Assembly: GCA_021399395.1 (NCBI GenBank)
Contig: JAAFKJ010000089.1
Coordinates: forward strand, 1-20,760
Direction: 5' to 3'
DNA length: 20,760 nucleotides
Origin: Candidatus Heimdallarchaeota archaeon
Lineage (GTDB): Archaea > Asgardarchaeota > Heimdallarchaeia > Heimdallarchaeales > Heimdallarchaeaceae
Every line of letters starts with the position of its first letter. Position 1 is the stretch's first letter. The position numbers and the translations under genes were made by a program. Below the pieces are notes generated by a model. That model made no database searches, was not told where the DNA came from, and saw nothing but the letters and a program-made list of their open reading frames with translations. This document shows, piece by piece, positions 1 through 8,981 of the stretch.

Positions 1-918
1 ATCGTCTCCCCAGCTTACAGCGCTAGGATCTCCGAAACCGAAGAAAGCTAAAGCCGCAAATAGGAAGATCGTATTCGCAATACCCAGCGTAACTATAATG
101 ATAAGTGGTGCTAGTGAGTTCGGTAGGATATGTTTGAAAATAATTCTCATATCGCTCGCACCCAGTGCTTTTTCCGCTTCTACAAAGTCTTGCCGCTTCA
201 GTGAGAAGAAGTTCGACCTTACAATCAGCGCCGTGCCTCCCCACCCTATGAGTGAGAAGAAGATAACTACCACCGCGTACCGGCCACCCGGTATATTCAC
301 GTCTTCGAATAGTACAATGATGAAAATCATCAATATGAATCCTGGCATGGAGTATAACAGTTCAATAATTCTTTGTAGAATGTCGTCTATTGCTCCACCA
401 TAAAATCCAGCTATCGCTCCTAAGAACGTACCAATGATTACCGTGGTCATCTGACCAATAAACCCAAGAGCTAATGAAACGGTTGCTCCAAAGAAAACTC
501 TGGAAAGCATGTCTTGTCCATTTCTATCAGTTCCAAAGGGATGATCGAATGATGGAGGTAATTTAGCCTGATCTGCGAATTGATATCTAGGGTGGTTGAA
601 TAAGACTATAGGACTATCTTTAGGCATACCCGGCACCCACAGTTCAACATACAAGTTGTTCAAACTGATGGAGTTGTTGGGGTCGCCCCAAAGAATGTCT
701 CTGTCGGTTAAGAATTGATCGAATGCTAATATTATCCATGAAGTAAAGGCCATTAGAATTAAGAATAAAACGATGTAAAGACCAAGCATTCCCATCTTGT
801 CTTTCTTAATACGACGCCAAACAATAGACCATTGTCCGGCACCTTTCATGGTTTCAATTTCTCTAAGTGTTTTTTCGTCGAGAAGGAACTCTTCTCGTGG
901 TTCGTCTACAGTTGCCAA
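1..918 (-). CDS. oppC: Peptide/nickel ABC transporter permease, OppC/DppC family (3' end runs off the window)
   Basis: Not in the ORF track because there is no stop inside the window. Manual translation from TTG at 918 gives LATVDEPREEFLLDEKTLREIETMKGAGQWSIVWRRIKKDKMGMLGLYIV...HPFGTDRNGQDMLSRVFFGATVSLALG, containing the HPFGTDxxGxD signature of OppC. A GAGGTG RBS overlaps the oppB stop codon. Confidence 0.92.
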   Translation of the reverse strand, partial: MATVDEPREEFLLDEKTLREIETMKGAGQWSIVWRRIKKDKMGMLGLYIVLFLILMAFTSWIILAFDQFLTDRDILWGDPNNSISLNNLYVELWVPGMPKDSPIVLFNHPRYQFADQAKLPPSFDHPFGTDRNGQDMLSRVFFGATVSLALGFIGQMTTVIIGTFLGAIAGFYGGAIDDILQRIIELLYSMPGFILMIFIIVLFEDVNIPGGRYAVVVIFFSLIGWGGTALIVRSNFFSLKRQDFVEAEKALGASDMRIIFKHILPNSLAPLIIIVTLGIANTIFLFAALAFFGFGDPSAVSWGDD

Positions 919-929
919 TCTTTACACCT

Positions 930-1937
930 CTAATACTTGATCCTCGGGTCAATAAACACGTACGTAATATCCGTAAGTAACCGCGCTATTAAGAAAAGCA
1001 GGGGGAATATGGTATTCGTAGCCATCATCAAAGGATAGTCTCTAAACAGCGCTCCTTCAAGGAATATTGTTCCTAAACCTGGCCATCCGAAAACACGTTC
1101 AATCATGACTGAACCTGATAACAATCCTGGTAAAGAATTACCTATAATTGTTACAATCGGTAATAACCCGTTCCTAAATGCATGTTTGTAAATTACTGCT
1201 CTGTTGTCCAACCCTTTCGCTTTCGCTGTTGTAATATAGTCTTGTCTCAGAATCTCCAAAAGTTGTGATCTTACCAACCTTGCCATGAACACTAAACCTC
1301 CAATTGTAAGTGCTAATGTTGGTAGTATAAGATATTTGTAAAATTGTGGATTCAGAAACAGTGGTTTTCTGAAAGCGTCCTTGTTGGCTACTCCAGTAAA
1401 ATTAAACAATTGAAATGACAATAACATTAGAAGCTTTGCTAGCCAAAACAGTGGCATTGAGTATCCTAGCAACATTGCTACTGTTAATGATCTGTCCCAG
1501 ATTGAGTTTTGTCTTGTTGCCGAGACTACACCTATTGCTGTAGCCAGTAAAAGCGAGAAGATAAACGATAGAACATTGAGTGTTATTGTATATACTGCAC
1601 GTTCTGATATCATCTGCGATATCGGTACTCCTTGCCCCGCCTGAGTATAGTACCAACTATTCCCCAGATCAAAATGCAGTAAATCATTAACAAAATCAAT
1701 ATATCTGTTAAACCATGGAACAGTATACATTTCACGATCTAGGAGCCCCATTTCAATAGCTTCACTGTTATATGCCTGGTTGTAACAAGCTGGCGTTTCA
1801 CAATGGATCAGCCCTATTCTTACAACTACCGGGTCACCTGGACTTACATTAATAAGCGTAAAATTCATTAATGTAATTCCTAGCATAACAGGGACAATAT
1901 AAATGGTTCTTCTAATTATGAATCCTCTTAATGACAT
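930..1937 (-). CDS. oppB: Peptide/nickel ABC transporter permease, OppB/DppB family
   Basis: N-terminal FIIRR...SPGDP, DLGNS, EAA-loop QDYITTAKAKGL..HAFRNGL, IERVFGWPGLG, C-terminal DPRIKY. Start moved to ATG 1937 (MSLRGFIIRR), which has GGAG upstream. Confidence 0.95.
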   Translation of the reverse strand: MSLRGFIIRRTIYIVPVMLGITLMNFTLINVSPGDPVVVRIGLIHCETPACYNQAYNSEAIEMGLLDREMYTVPWFNRYIDFVNDLLHFDLGNSWYYTQAGQGVPISQMISERAVYTITLNVLSFIFSLLLATAIGVVSATRQNSIWDRSLTVAMLLGYSMPLFWLAKLLMLLSFQLFNFTGVANKDAFRKPLFLNPQFYKYLILPTLALTIGGLVFMARLVRSQLLEILRQDYITTAKAKGLDNRAVIYKHAFRNGLLPIVTIIGNSLPGLLSGSVMIERVFGWPGLGTIFLEGALFRDYPLMMATNTIFPLLFLIARLLTDITYVFIDPRIKY

Positions 1938-2094
1938 ATTTTTTTCTCCGCGAAGTTTATACTCAAATTTTGAGTAATAGTGAGTCACTAATTATATGGG
2001 AGCAACTATGTGCTTTTATAAATTTTATCTTCTAACTAGGGGAAACAATTATATATGGGTAGAAAGTCGGGACACCCCAAAAACTGGTGATTTT

Positions 2095-2820
2095 TCATAT
2101 TTTAGCCTTTGGTTCTGGAATTTCTTGATCTAAGTCTTGTTGATCAAAAGTTATTTTCCCATCATGCATATGAAGAATTCTTCTCGCTCTCTTTGCAGCT
2201 GCTAAATCGTGTGTTACTAGAGTAATTGAAGTTCCTCGTTCTTCATTCAATTCTTTGAACAGATTTAATACTGCTTGACCTGTTTTTGTATCCAGATTGC
2301 CTGTTGGTTCATCTGCGAGTAGCATAACTGGATTGTTAATCAACGCACGCATTATTGCCGTTCTTTGCCTTTCTCCAGAACTTAATTCTTCTGGAAATTT
2401 CCCTTTCAAGTCATCCAATTCGAATTCTTTGATTATCTGATTTACTCGGGTTTTTCTTTCTTCATATGGAACAGAATCAAAAATTAATGGGAGTTCTATA
2501 TTTTCTTCTGTTGTTAGCCCTTCAATCAAATTAAAGAATTGAAAAACAAATCCCAAATTTTTCCTTCGAAAATGAGCTAACTCCAATGGAGGGAGATTGC
2601 TGAGGTCTGCATCGTTGATTATCACTCTACCCCTTGTAGGAACTTCTAATGTTCCTATTAAGTTAAGTAGCGTTGTTTTTCCACTCCCACTTGGTCCAAC
2701 AATAGATGTGAATTCTCCGTCTCTTAGAATTAAGTCTACTCCTTGAACAGCTTTCACAACATTAGTCCCTATAATGAAATGTTTTGAAACTTCCTCACAG
2801 ACTACAATCTCATCTTTCAT
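2095..2820 (-). CDS. ABC transporter ATP-binding protein, LolD/MacB/SalX family
   Basis: Walker A GPSGSGKTT, Q-loop GFVFQFFNL, signature LSSGERQR, Walker B/D-loop LLADEPTGNLD, H-loop VTHD. Likely start is ATG 2820 (MKDEIVV). Confidence 0.95.
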   Translation of the reverse strand: MKDEIVVCEEVSKHFIIGTNVVKAVQGVDLILRDGEFTSIVGPSGSGKTTLLNLIGTLEVPTRGRVIINDADLSNLPPLELAHFRRKNLGFVFQFFNLIEGLTTEENIELPLIFDSVPYEERKTRVNQIIKEFELDDLKGKFPEELSSGERQRTAIMRALINNPVMLLADEPTGNLDTKTGQAVLNLFKELNEERGTSITLVTHDLAAAKRARRILHMHDGKITFDQQDLDQEIPEPKAKI

Positions 2821-2904
2821 TAAAAACTTTAGAAAAACAAGCACTAATAAAGTTGTTTAAAGACCTACTGCATGTAAGAATGAGCGGACTACAGCTGCTA
2901 TAGC

Positions 2905-4362
2905 TTAAACCACTGCTGGATTAAGTAAAACTATCTCTTGTGTTGGTGAAAGGAAGATTGCCTTTCCTTCTATAGTTTTATCTCCTTGCTTTGCCTTAAA
3001 AGTATAAAATGTAGTAGGAATATAAATGACATGTATAACAAGATCTTCTAAATCTGAATTAACTAAAACAGAGTCTTCAAGGATACTCCCCACATCTTGG
3101 TTCTCTGTGAAAGAATGAATTTTCTCGATTAAACCCTCAGAATAATTTTCCATCATCATCTTGTTTACTTGATCCATATCAGAATTGGATATAATTTCAA
3201 CCCACCGTTTTAGAGTTTCTTCCATTCTTTTTGTGTGTTCTATACTCTCCTGCAATTGGATTTTCTTACTTTGAAATTCTCTTACTTCTTTGATGAGTTG
3301 TTCTTTCTCCTCTCTTGGGATTTTTTTATTTCTCTTCTCATCAAGTTTGAATTTCTTAGTTCTTGCATCAAGTTTTTTCTGTATTCTTTTTAACTTAATA
3401 AACTCAACTTGTGATTCTCTGCTAACCTTTTTCTGCTTCTCTTCGAATTCAATTAGCTGTTTTTTGAGTTCTTGTTTTGCTTTTAAGAATTCATCATCAT
3501 TTTTCCAAAAAGAATTCTCCTTAATAATCAGTTCTTTGATATCATGAAGGTGATCAAGTATCTCTTGTTGATAATTTTGAAGATTACTCAATTTTTCTTC
3601 ATATTCTTTGATATATTGTTGAATTCTTGAAGCGTTAATTGTTACTAACTTCATTTTGGGTGAGGATTTACTTAGATTCTCTTTTGCTCTGCTGCTTATC
3701 AGCTGAGTTAACTTAATCTGAAAACGGGTAAAAGCTTGATTCCAGACCTTCTTTTCATTTTCAGATAAATTAAGCATTTCTTCATCGCTAACATGTAATA
3801 GTTTGAAGTTTTTACTAGATTCAATCATTAGCGTAGGGAGTTTAATTTTGTCAATTTCAATTGGTATAACTGCTTGATATTTTCCTTTTAATTTGCATAA
3901 TGCGAAAGGCAACCCCAGAGTTTCTTTCTTTTTTACAGTTATCTTATCAATGGATTGAAGTTTAGATTTTATACCATTGATGATATCTTCTTCACGTTTC
4001 TCTTCTTGTTTGTAGTAAAAATCTGATATTTGGATTTTAGCGCCCGAGTATAGCTCTATTAGTTCTTTTTCAATTCTGACTAAGTCTTCCATCTTTTTTT
4101 GGTTGAATTTAACCCCTGTTTTTTCTGCTACACCTGAAATACTTTCTTCTAACTTCAATGTTTGTTGTTCAACCTCCACAAGTTCTTTTTTGTGTGGAAT
4201 TAAAATTTGTTGAGATTCGGAACTATGTTCTGCCAAATTTTCATCAACGAACTTGTCTTCTTGTTTCTTGTCAGGAGTTTGATCAACAATTTCTTCAATT
4301 TTTTTAGCTAAAGAAACAAAATCTGTGAATGTTTGATTTTTTTCTTTTGGAGACTCGCTCAT
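2905..4362 (-). CDS. Hypothetical long coiled-coil protein with beta-rich segments flanking the coil
   Basis: 485-aa ORF with E/K/Q-rich heptad-like central region and predicted beta segments LGLPFALCKL and VIHVIYIPTTFYTF. No recognisable family. Confidence 0.8.
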   Translation of the reverse strand: MSESPKEKNQTFTDFVSLAKKIEEIVDQTPDKKQEDKFVDENLAEHSSESQQILIPHKKELVEVEQQTLKLEESISGVAEKTGVKFNQKKMEDLVRIEKELIELYSGAKIQISDFYYKQEEKREEDIINGIKSKLQSIDKITVKKKETLGLPFALCKLKGKYQAVIPIEIDKIKLPTLMIESSKNFKLLHVSDEEMLNLSENEKKVWNQAFTRFQIKLTQLISSRAKENLSKSSPKMKLVTINASRIQQYIKEYEEKLSNLQNYQQEILDHLHDIKELIIKENSFWKNDDEFLKAKQELKKQLIEFEEKQKKVSRESQVEFIKLKRIQKKLDARTKKFKLDEKRNKKIPREEKEQLIKEVREFQSKKIQLQESIEHTKRMEETLKRWVEIISNSDMDQVNKMMMENYSEGLIEKIHSFTENQDVGSILEDSVLVNSDLEDLVIHVIYIPTTFYTFKAKQGDKTIEGKAIFLSPTQEIVLLNPAVV

Positions 4363-4525
4363 CAGTGATAACCAAGACTAATACAATCTTCAAAATATTT
4401 AAACTACTCGAAATGATAGGGGTGGAATAGAACACAATTTCTCAAGGGTTTCGAGGCTAGAACATTTCCCAAAAAATATCCACGTATTGCCGAATTATAT
4501 AAAGAGAGATTCAATGTTAAATTAG

Positions 4526-5812
4526 GTGAGCCCTATTTCTAATAAGAAATGTCACATATGTAACTCAACCTTTCCAGACAAAGTTATCTTTTGTTCTGTA
4601 TGTGGTACAGAATTGGTAGATGAAATAAAAAAACCTTCTAGCTCCGTTGATTCTCCGATAGATTTACCATCTAGTCATCCAAATTCAAAATCATTCTTTA
4701 GAGATGAACCCTTGGATACTAAACCTGTTGATGGGGATTTTATTGCAGATAAAACTCAGTATGCTTGGCAGATTTCTGAAAACTTGGTTCCATTTCAAAT
4801 GAAAAATCAAATCAGCTATAGTGATGGATTTAAATCTCCTAGAATTGATATTCAAAAATTTAAACAGTTATCAACTCTTGAAGGATTATATCTTGGAAGT
4901 ATTAATGCACTAATCTCTATTTCCCTGATACTTTTCTCAAGTATTATCTTACTAAATATTTTAAATCTAATACCCTCAGGCTGGTTATCAATCTTTCTAG
5001 CTACTTGTATAGCTGTATTATACTTCGGGCTCTCGTATTTTAGCAGTTTCAAAACTGCCCAAATTATCTCTAGTTGGGACGATCAACCTCTAAGAATAAG
5101 TAAATCAAATTTCTTGTCATTCAGTTTTATTCAAGTGATTCATGTCGGATTAATAAGTGCAATTTCGGTGATCTGTATGAAATTATTCTTTCCTTCTTCA
5201 GATTCTATTAGCTCACCTATATCAATATATGTTCCTTCAATCGTTATTATCCTACTAGTTGCTTTTCTCTCACCAACTTTTCGCATAGCGAAGATTTTGT
5301 CTCTCTTGCGAAATACAGGAACTGTTCAAGACTTTCTAGATGCAATTCAATTTCCGAAAATAGGTGCAAAAAGAACAGTAGAGATAATAGTACTATCCTA
5401 TCTAATTCCAGCATCTCTAATATTAGCAATCTTTTCACCAGCATCTCATATGGTATCTATTTTGCTTACTTCCACAATAGAAACGAAAGTGGCAGCTTGG
5501 GAATACATACTAATCTTGTTCGTTATTCTGCTTTTAGCAATATGTTTAACCTTTGTTAACTTCGTGGATGTTAATACATTTTATTTCTATGAGCAATCTA
5601 TCAAAAGTTATATTGAACCCCCAAGTCTAAATTGGGTTAAAAAAGTAGGTCAATACTCTAATCAAGACAATGAAGCTGGATTAAGCAATTATTCTAATTC
5701 ATCAAGTAACAATGAGTTTGAATCCAGAGATGAAAGATGCCCTGCTTGTTCAGCAATATTAGTTGGTGGCGCTGAATTCTGCATAGATTGCGGGAAAAAA
5801 GTTGTAAGATAG
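4526..5812 (+). CDS. Multi-pass membrane protein (about 6 TM) with double-zinc-ribbon motifs at both termini
   Basis: N-terminal CHIC-x10-CSVC, C-terminal CPAC-x10-CIDC, six hydrophobic segments between. GTG start with a TATA-like TTATATAA about 25 bp upstream. Confidence 0.85.
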   Translation: MSPISNKKCHICNSTFPDKVIFCSVCGTELVDEIKKPSSSVDSPIDLPSSHPNSKSFFRDEPLDTKPVDGDFIADKTQYAWQISENLVPFQMKNQISYSDGFKSPRIDIQKFKQLSTLEGLYLGSINALISISLILFSSIILLNILNLIPSGWLSIFLATCIAVLYFGLSYFSSFKTAQIISSWDDQPLRISKSNFLSFSFIQVIHVGLISAISVICMKLFFPSSDSISSPISIYVPSIVIILLVAFLSPTFRIAKILSLLRNTGTVQDFLDAIQFPKIGAKRTVEIIVLSYLIPASLILAIFSPASHMVSILLTSTIETKVAAWEYILILFVILLLAICLTFVNFVDVNTFYFYEQSIKSYIEPPSLNWVKKVGQYSNQDNEAGLSNYSNSSSNNEFESRDERCPACSAILVGGAEFCIDCGKKVVR

Positions 5813-5826
5813 AGTTAGTTAATACT

Positions 5827-6588
5827 CTATTCTTCTTGCATTTTTTGAACTATCTTTTTGATAATTGTTTGAATAGTGTTTAATCTTTCTTCAATTGTAT
5901 CAATTCTATGATTAACTGCCTCGATATCTTCTCTAGTAACATCTGAAGTACTAGCGACACTTTCCACTCTTGTCTCTTTAATAACAATTTCCTGCTTATG
6001 TTCTCGGATATCAATAATACCTCCAGTATTAGCTGGAGGGACAATGCTTTGAATGTTATTTGCTTCCAATAGTTTGTAAGCTAAGAAATCGAATGTCTCT
6101 TGGATGTTATGACCTGATAATGCACTGGTTTCACTGTAGTAGAAATGAATGCCAGTTTCTGCTTCTAAACGGTTACAGAATTCAAGAGCCATATCTATTG
6201 AAACTCTTCTTTTCTCCTCTAGATCAACTTTATTTGCAATAACAAAATAAATAAGAATCCCATTATTTGATCCTTTTGAAGCCTCTTCTAACCAGCTTGA
6301 TAAGTTAGTCATAGTCTTAGGATCTTGACAATCAAAAACCAAAATAGCTGCAGCAGCTCCTTTGTAAAAAGTGCTTCGAACAGCTTGATAACTCTCTTGA
6401 CCTGCTAAATCCCAGATTTGAAAAGCAATGGAATCTTCATCAGTTTGAATTTTCTTTGATGCAAAGTCCGCGCCTATGGTCTTTAGATAACTAGCTTCAA
6501 AACCTCTTCCCATATACTTCTCTCGAATTGAGGTTTTACCGACTGCTCCATCTCCAGCTAAAACCACTTTGAAATTCCATTTTCTCAT
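5827..6588 (-). CDS. Ras-superfamily (Rab-like) small GTPase with C-terminal coiled-coil extension
   Basis: G1 GDGAVGKT, G2 YLKTIGADF, G3 WDLAGQ, G4 NKVD, G5 ETSAL. GGTGA RBS. C-terminal heptads DIEAVNHRIDTIEERLNTIQTIIKKI. No C-terminal Cys prenylation motif. Confidence 0.95.
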   Translation of the reverse strand: MRKWNFKVVLAGDGAVGKTSIREKYMGRGFEASYLKTIGADFASKKIQTDEDSIAFQIWDLAGQESYQAVRSTFYKGAAAAILVFDCQDPKTMTNLSSWLEEASKGSNNGILIYFVIANKVDLEEKRRVSIDMALEFCNRLEAETGIHFYYSETSALSGHNIQETFDFLAYKLLEANNIQSIVPPANTGGIIDIREHKQEIVIKETRVESVASTSDVTREDIEAVNHRIDTIEERLNTIQTIIKKIVQKMQEE

Positions 6589-6601
6589 GTTATCACCGTT
6601 T

Positions 6602-7285
6602 TCATTTGAATTGTGCGAGCTCTTCTTCTAGTTCTTCTATTCTAGCGTGAGATTCCAGCAATTTTTTCTGAAAAGTAATTCCTACTTCTGCTTGAGTTTT
6701 CTCAAAATGTTCTTTTGCATCCTCAAGTTCTTTTTTCATTTTATCTTTGTCCTCTCTTGCTCTTTTCATTTCATCGCTTTCACGAACTTCTTGAACTGAC
6801 TTCTTTAATAGGTCTTCAATATTACTTTCTGAAATGTCTGCTTTAGAGGAAAGTGCTAATTTCATAGCTCTGATTTCTTCATCTGATATCTGTGGTCTAG
6901 ATGATAGTAAATCATTTACTTTTTCATCTAATGCTTTTTTCTCAACAAAAACATCGGCTAATTGTGATTTAAGCTTTCGATTGTCTTCAGATAACTCTGA
7001 AGAGTTTGTCAATTCTAAATCTAAAGAGCGCCTTAAATGTTCTAAATCTTCAGATCCTTCACCATATTGGTTCATATAGCGTATAATCATAGTCATATAT
7101 TCTCTGACCATAGGATGTAGTAATTCCCAATACTGAACTAATTCTCTCTCTACATCTTTCAATCTTGCATCTTTCTGACCTGGGGGAAGTTTTGTAAAAA
7201 CAGGACTTTCAATGTTTATAGATGAATAGTAGTCTGGAATATAATCGTAGATAGTTTCGCCTTTATACTTCTTTGGTTTAGACAT
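6602..7285 (-). CDS. Hypothetical coiled-coil protein, probably co-transcribed with the small GTPase
   Basis: Likely start ATG 7285 (MSKPKKYKG). Small N-terminal helical region then two long heptad stretches. Only 13 bp separate it from the GTPase start. Confidence 0.8.
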   Translation of the reverse strand: MSKPKKYKGETIYDYIPDYYSSINIESPVFTKLPPGQKDARLKDVERELVQYWELLHPMVREYMTMIIRYMNQYGEGSEDLEHLRRSLDLELTNSSELSEDNRKLKSQLADVFVEKKALDEKVNDLLSSRPQISDEEIRAMKLALSSKADISESNIEDLLKKSVQEVRESDEMKRAREDKDKMKKELEDAKEHFEKTQAEVGITFQKKLLESHARIEELEEELAQFK

Positions 7286-7373
7286 AGAATAACCCAAAAC
7301 ACTCTTTTCATTAACAAAAATAAACATTACGAAAGAATCGAAGATTAAAAGTCACGGAATTTGGACTGAAAGA

Positions 7374-7649
7374 TTAATTGTTGGAACTATTTTTCTTCTT
7401 CACATTAATCCGATGAAAACTAAAAGCTGCTTTCAGATTCTTTCGATCAAGGAAGATTTCACCTATGTTAAGATAGTTATTGGTTATTTTTTCAATAGTC
7501 TTTTGATCCAATTTTACTTTGCCTAATTTTTCGTAAAGAACCTTTCTTGTAAATTTCTTTCTTTTTCGCTTCTGTCTTGTGTACCAACCTAGTTTTATTC
7601 TCATAATGAAACCATAAAAAAACGTTTTAATCGAATTAAATATACTCAT
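7374..7649 (-). CDS. Small basic hypothetical protein
   Basis: 91-aa ORF preceded by a strong AAGGTGA RBS. Hydrophobic/amphipathic N-terminus, basic patch RQKRKRKK, helical C-terminal motif shared with the neighbouring gene. Confidence 0.7.
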   Translation of the reverse strand: MSIFNSIKTFFYGFIMRIKLGWYTRQKRKRKKFTRKVLYEKLGKVKLDQKTIEKITNNYLNIGEIFLDRKNLKAAFSFHRINVKKKNSSNN

Positions 7650-7712
7650 TATTTCACCTTAAATGCTGTTGATACTAGATTATTGAAGCCGTTGTAAGCA
7701 AGATCGATGTGG

Positions 7713-8027
7713 CTATTCTTTCTTCTTGAGAACTGCAGCAAAACGATCAACATTTGCTGAATACTCAATCATGATTTTTTCTGCCGTTTGCTTAGTAATA
7801 CCTTCTTCTCGAAGTTTGTTATAAATTCTAATTAGGGCATCAGCAAACGTTTCAGCAACATCTACATTATAAATTGCACCAAGAAACTGTTCAACTAGAG
7901 GGCCAATCTCTCCTGATAAAACCTTGACAATATCTTTAGTTTGAGAAAAATCTTTGATTGGTTCTTTCTGTTTGTCAGCTTTTATGTCATTGATACTCTG
8001 TTTCTTCTTCTTACCTTTCTTAGCCAC
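7713..8027 (-). CDS. Small helical hypothetical protein
   Basis: GTG start at 8027 preceded by AGGTGA RBS. Motif IYNKLREEGITKQTAEKIMIEY. Confidence 0.75.
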   Translation of the reverse strand: MAKKGKKKKQSINDIKADKQKEPIKDFSQTKDIVKVLSGEIGPLVEQFLGAIYNVDVAETFADALIRIYNKLREEGITKQTAEKIMIEYSANVDRFAAVLKKKE

Positions 8028-8152
8028 AAAATCACCTTTTCTCAAGTTCACAATGTCGTGAAGTATAAAACATTTGCCCTTCGGGCTACCTTAGGACATT
8101 TTAGACGTTATATTGAGAAAATTGAAAAACTGATTTTGATTTGTAGAATCGA

Positions 8153-8839
8153 CTACTTTTGTGCTTGAACATCTTCAGCTGTTTCTGCTTTTGTTAGCTG
8201 AATTGAGACATGGACAAACCTTTGGATGACTGTTATCACACAGAGCGCGGTAAGAATCATATATCCTATTGAAAAGTATGATAGTCCCAAAGTTTCCATC
8301 ATACCTCCTGGTGGAGGTGTAATAAATCCTTGATTAGGAACTAGAACTCCAATGAACATTAACAACATTAATACCATGAATCTCTCTCCTCGTTCCATTA
8401 TCCCCACAGCCATCTTTTCAATTCCAATGCTTTCTCCCTTTGCTCTGATATAACTAATTAGAAGAGTAGAAGCTACCATGACTATGCCAACACCAATAGT
8501 AATATTATCATTTGGTTCAATATAGAATGATCGAATAACTACTCCGCTAAATACAGCAACATCACTAAGACGATCTGCAATACTGTCAATAAATGAACCT
8601 TTTTTGGAATCAAGTTTATTGTATCTTGCTACACCGCCATCGATAAAGTCCATCGCACCGGCAAACCAGATAATTATGAAAGCTACCAAGAAATTGTTAA
8701 TAGCGATAAATACAGCAGAAGTTATTGAAAGAAGCAACCCTATTACTGTGAAAACTGTTGGATGTATACCAAGTTTTGCAAAGAAAATAATTAACGGTTG
8801 TACTATCTTTGAGAGTGGTTCTCGTATCTGTGAAATCAT
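8153..8839 (-). CDS. CDP-alcohol phosphatidyltransferase, probably archaetidylinositol phosphate synthase (PgsA-like)
   Basis: Family motif DFIDGGVARYNKLDSKKGSFIDSIADRLSD, plus HPTVFT, ISYIRAKGE and GIMERGER typical of the AIP/PIP synthase subgroup. Start ATG 8839 with AGGTG RBS. Confidence 0.9.
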   Translation of the reverse strand: MISQIREPLSKIVQPLIIFFAKLGIHPTVFTVIGLLLSITSAVFIAINNFLVAFIIIWFAGAMDFIDGGVARYNKLDSKKGSFIDSIADRLSDVAVFSGVVIRSFYIEPNDNITIGVGIVMVASTLLISYIRAKGESIGIEKMAVGIMERGERFMVLMLLMFIGVLVPNQGFITPPPGGMMETLGLSYFSIGYMILTALCVITVIQRFVHVSIQLTKAETAEDVQAQK

Positions 8840-8981
8840 TGGCCAACACCTTTTATCGCCAGAGTTTTTTAAGTTTTCTGTAATCTGTCGATTTGGTTTT
8901 TCATGTAAATATATTGTAAAAAAAACTATATGTGAATCCATAAAGTAAACTAAAAGCAGATAAGGGCCGTTTTGGTGTTTT

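Noticed and set aside
23-403. ORFs 23..244 (-) and 98..403 (+)
   Set aside because: Alternate-frame and antisense shadows of the oppC-like gene that occupies 1-918 on the minus strand.
2095-2820. Calling the ATPase OppD/OppF of the adjacent permeases
   Set aside because: Its motifs (GFVFQFFNL, DEPTGNLD) are LolD/MacB-type, it lacks the OppD/F C-terminal HPYT/Cys-rich extension, and a promoter-like gap separates it from oppB.
2905-4362. SMC/Rad50 or ESCRT-III assignment for the long coiled-coil protein
   Set aside because: No Walker motifs, hinge or zinc hook, and no Snf7-like size or charge pattern.
8076-8086. GC hairpin GCCCTTCGGGC
   Set aside because: Only a 4-bp stem with no U-tract or larger structure.
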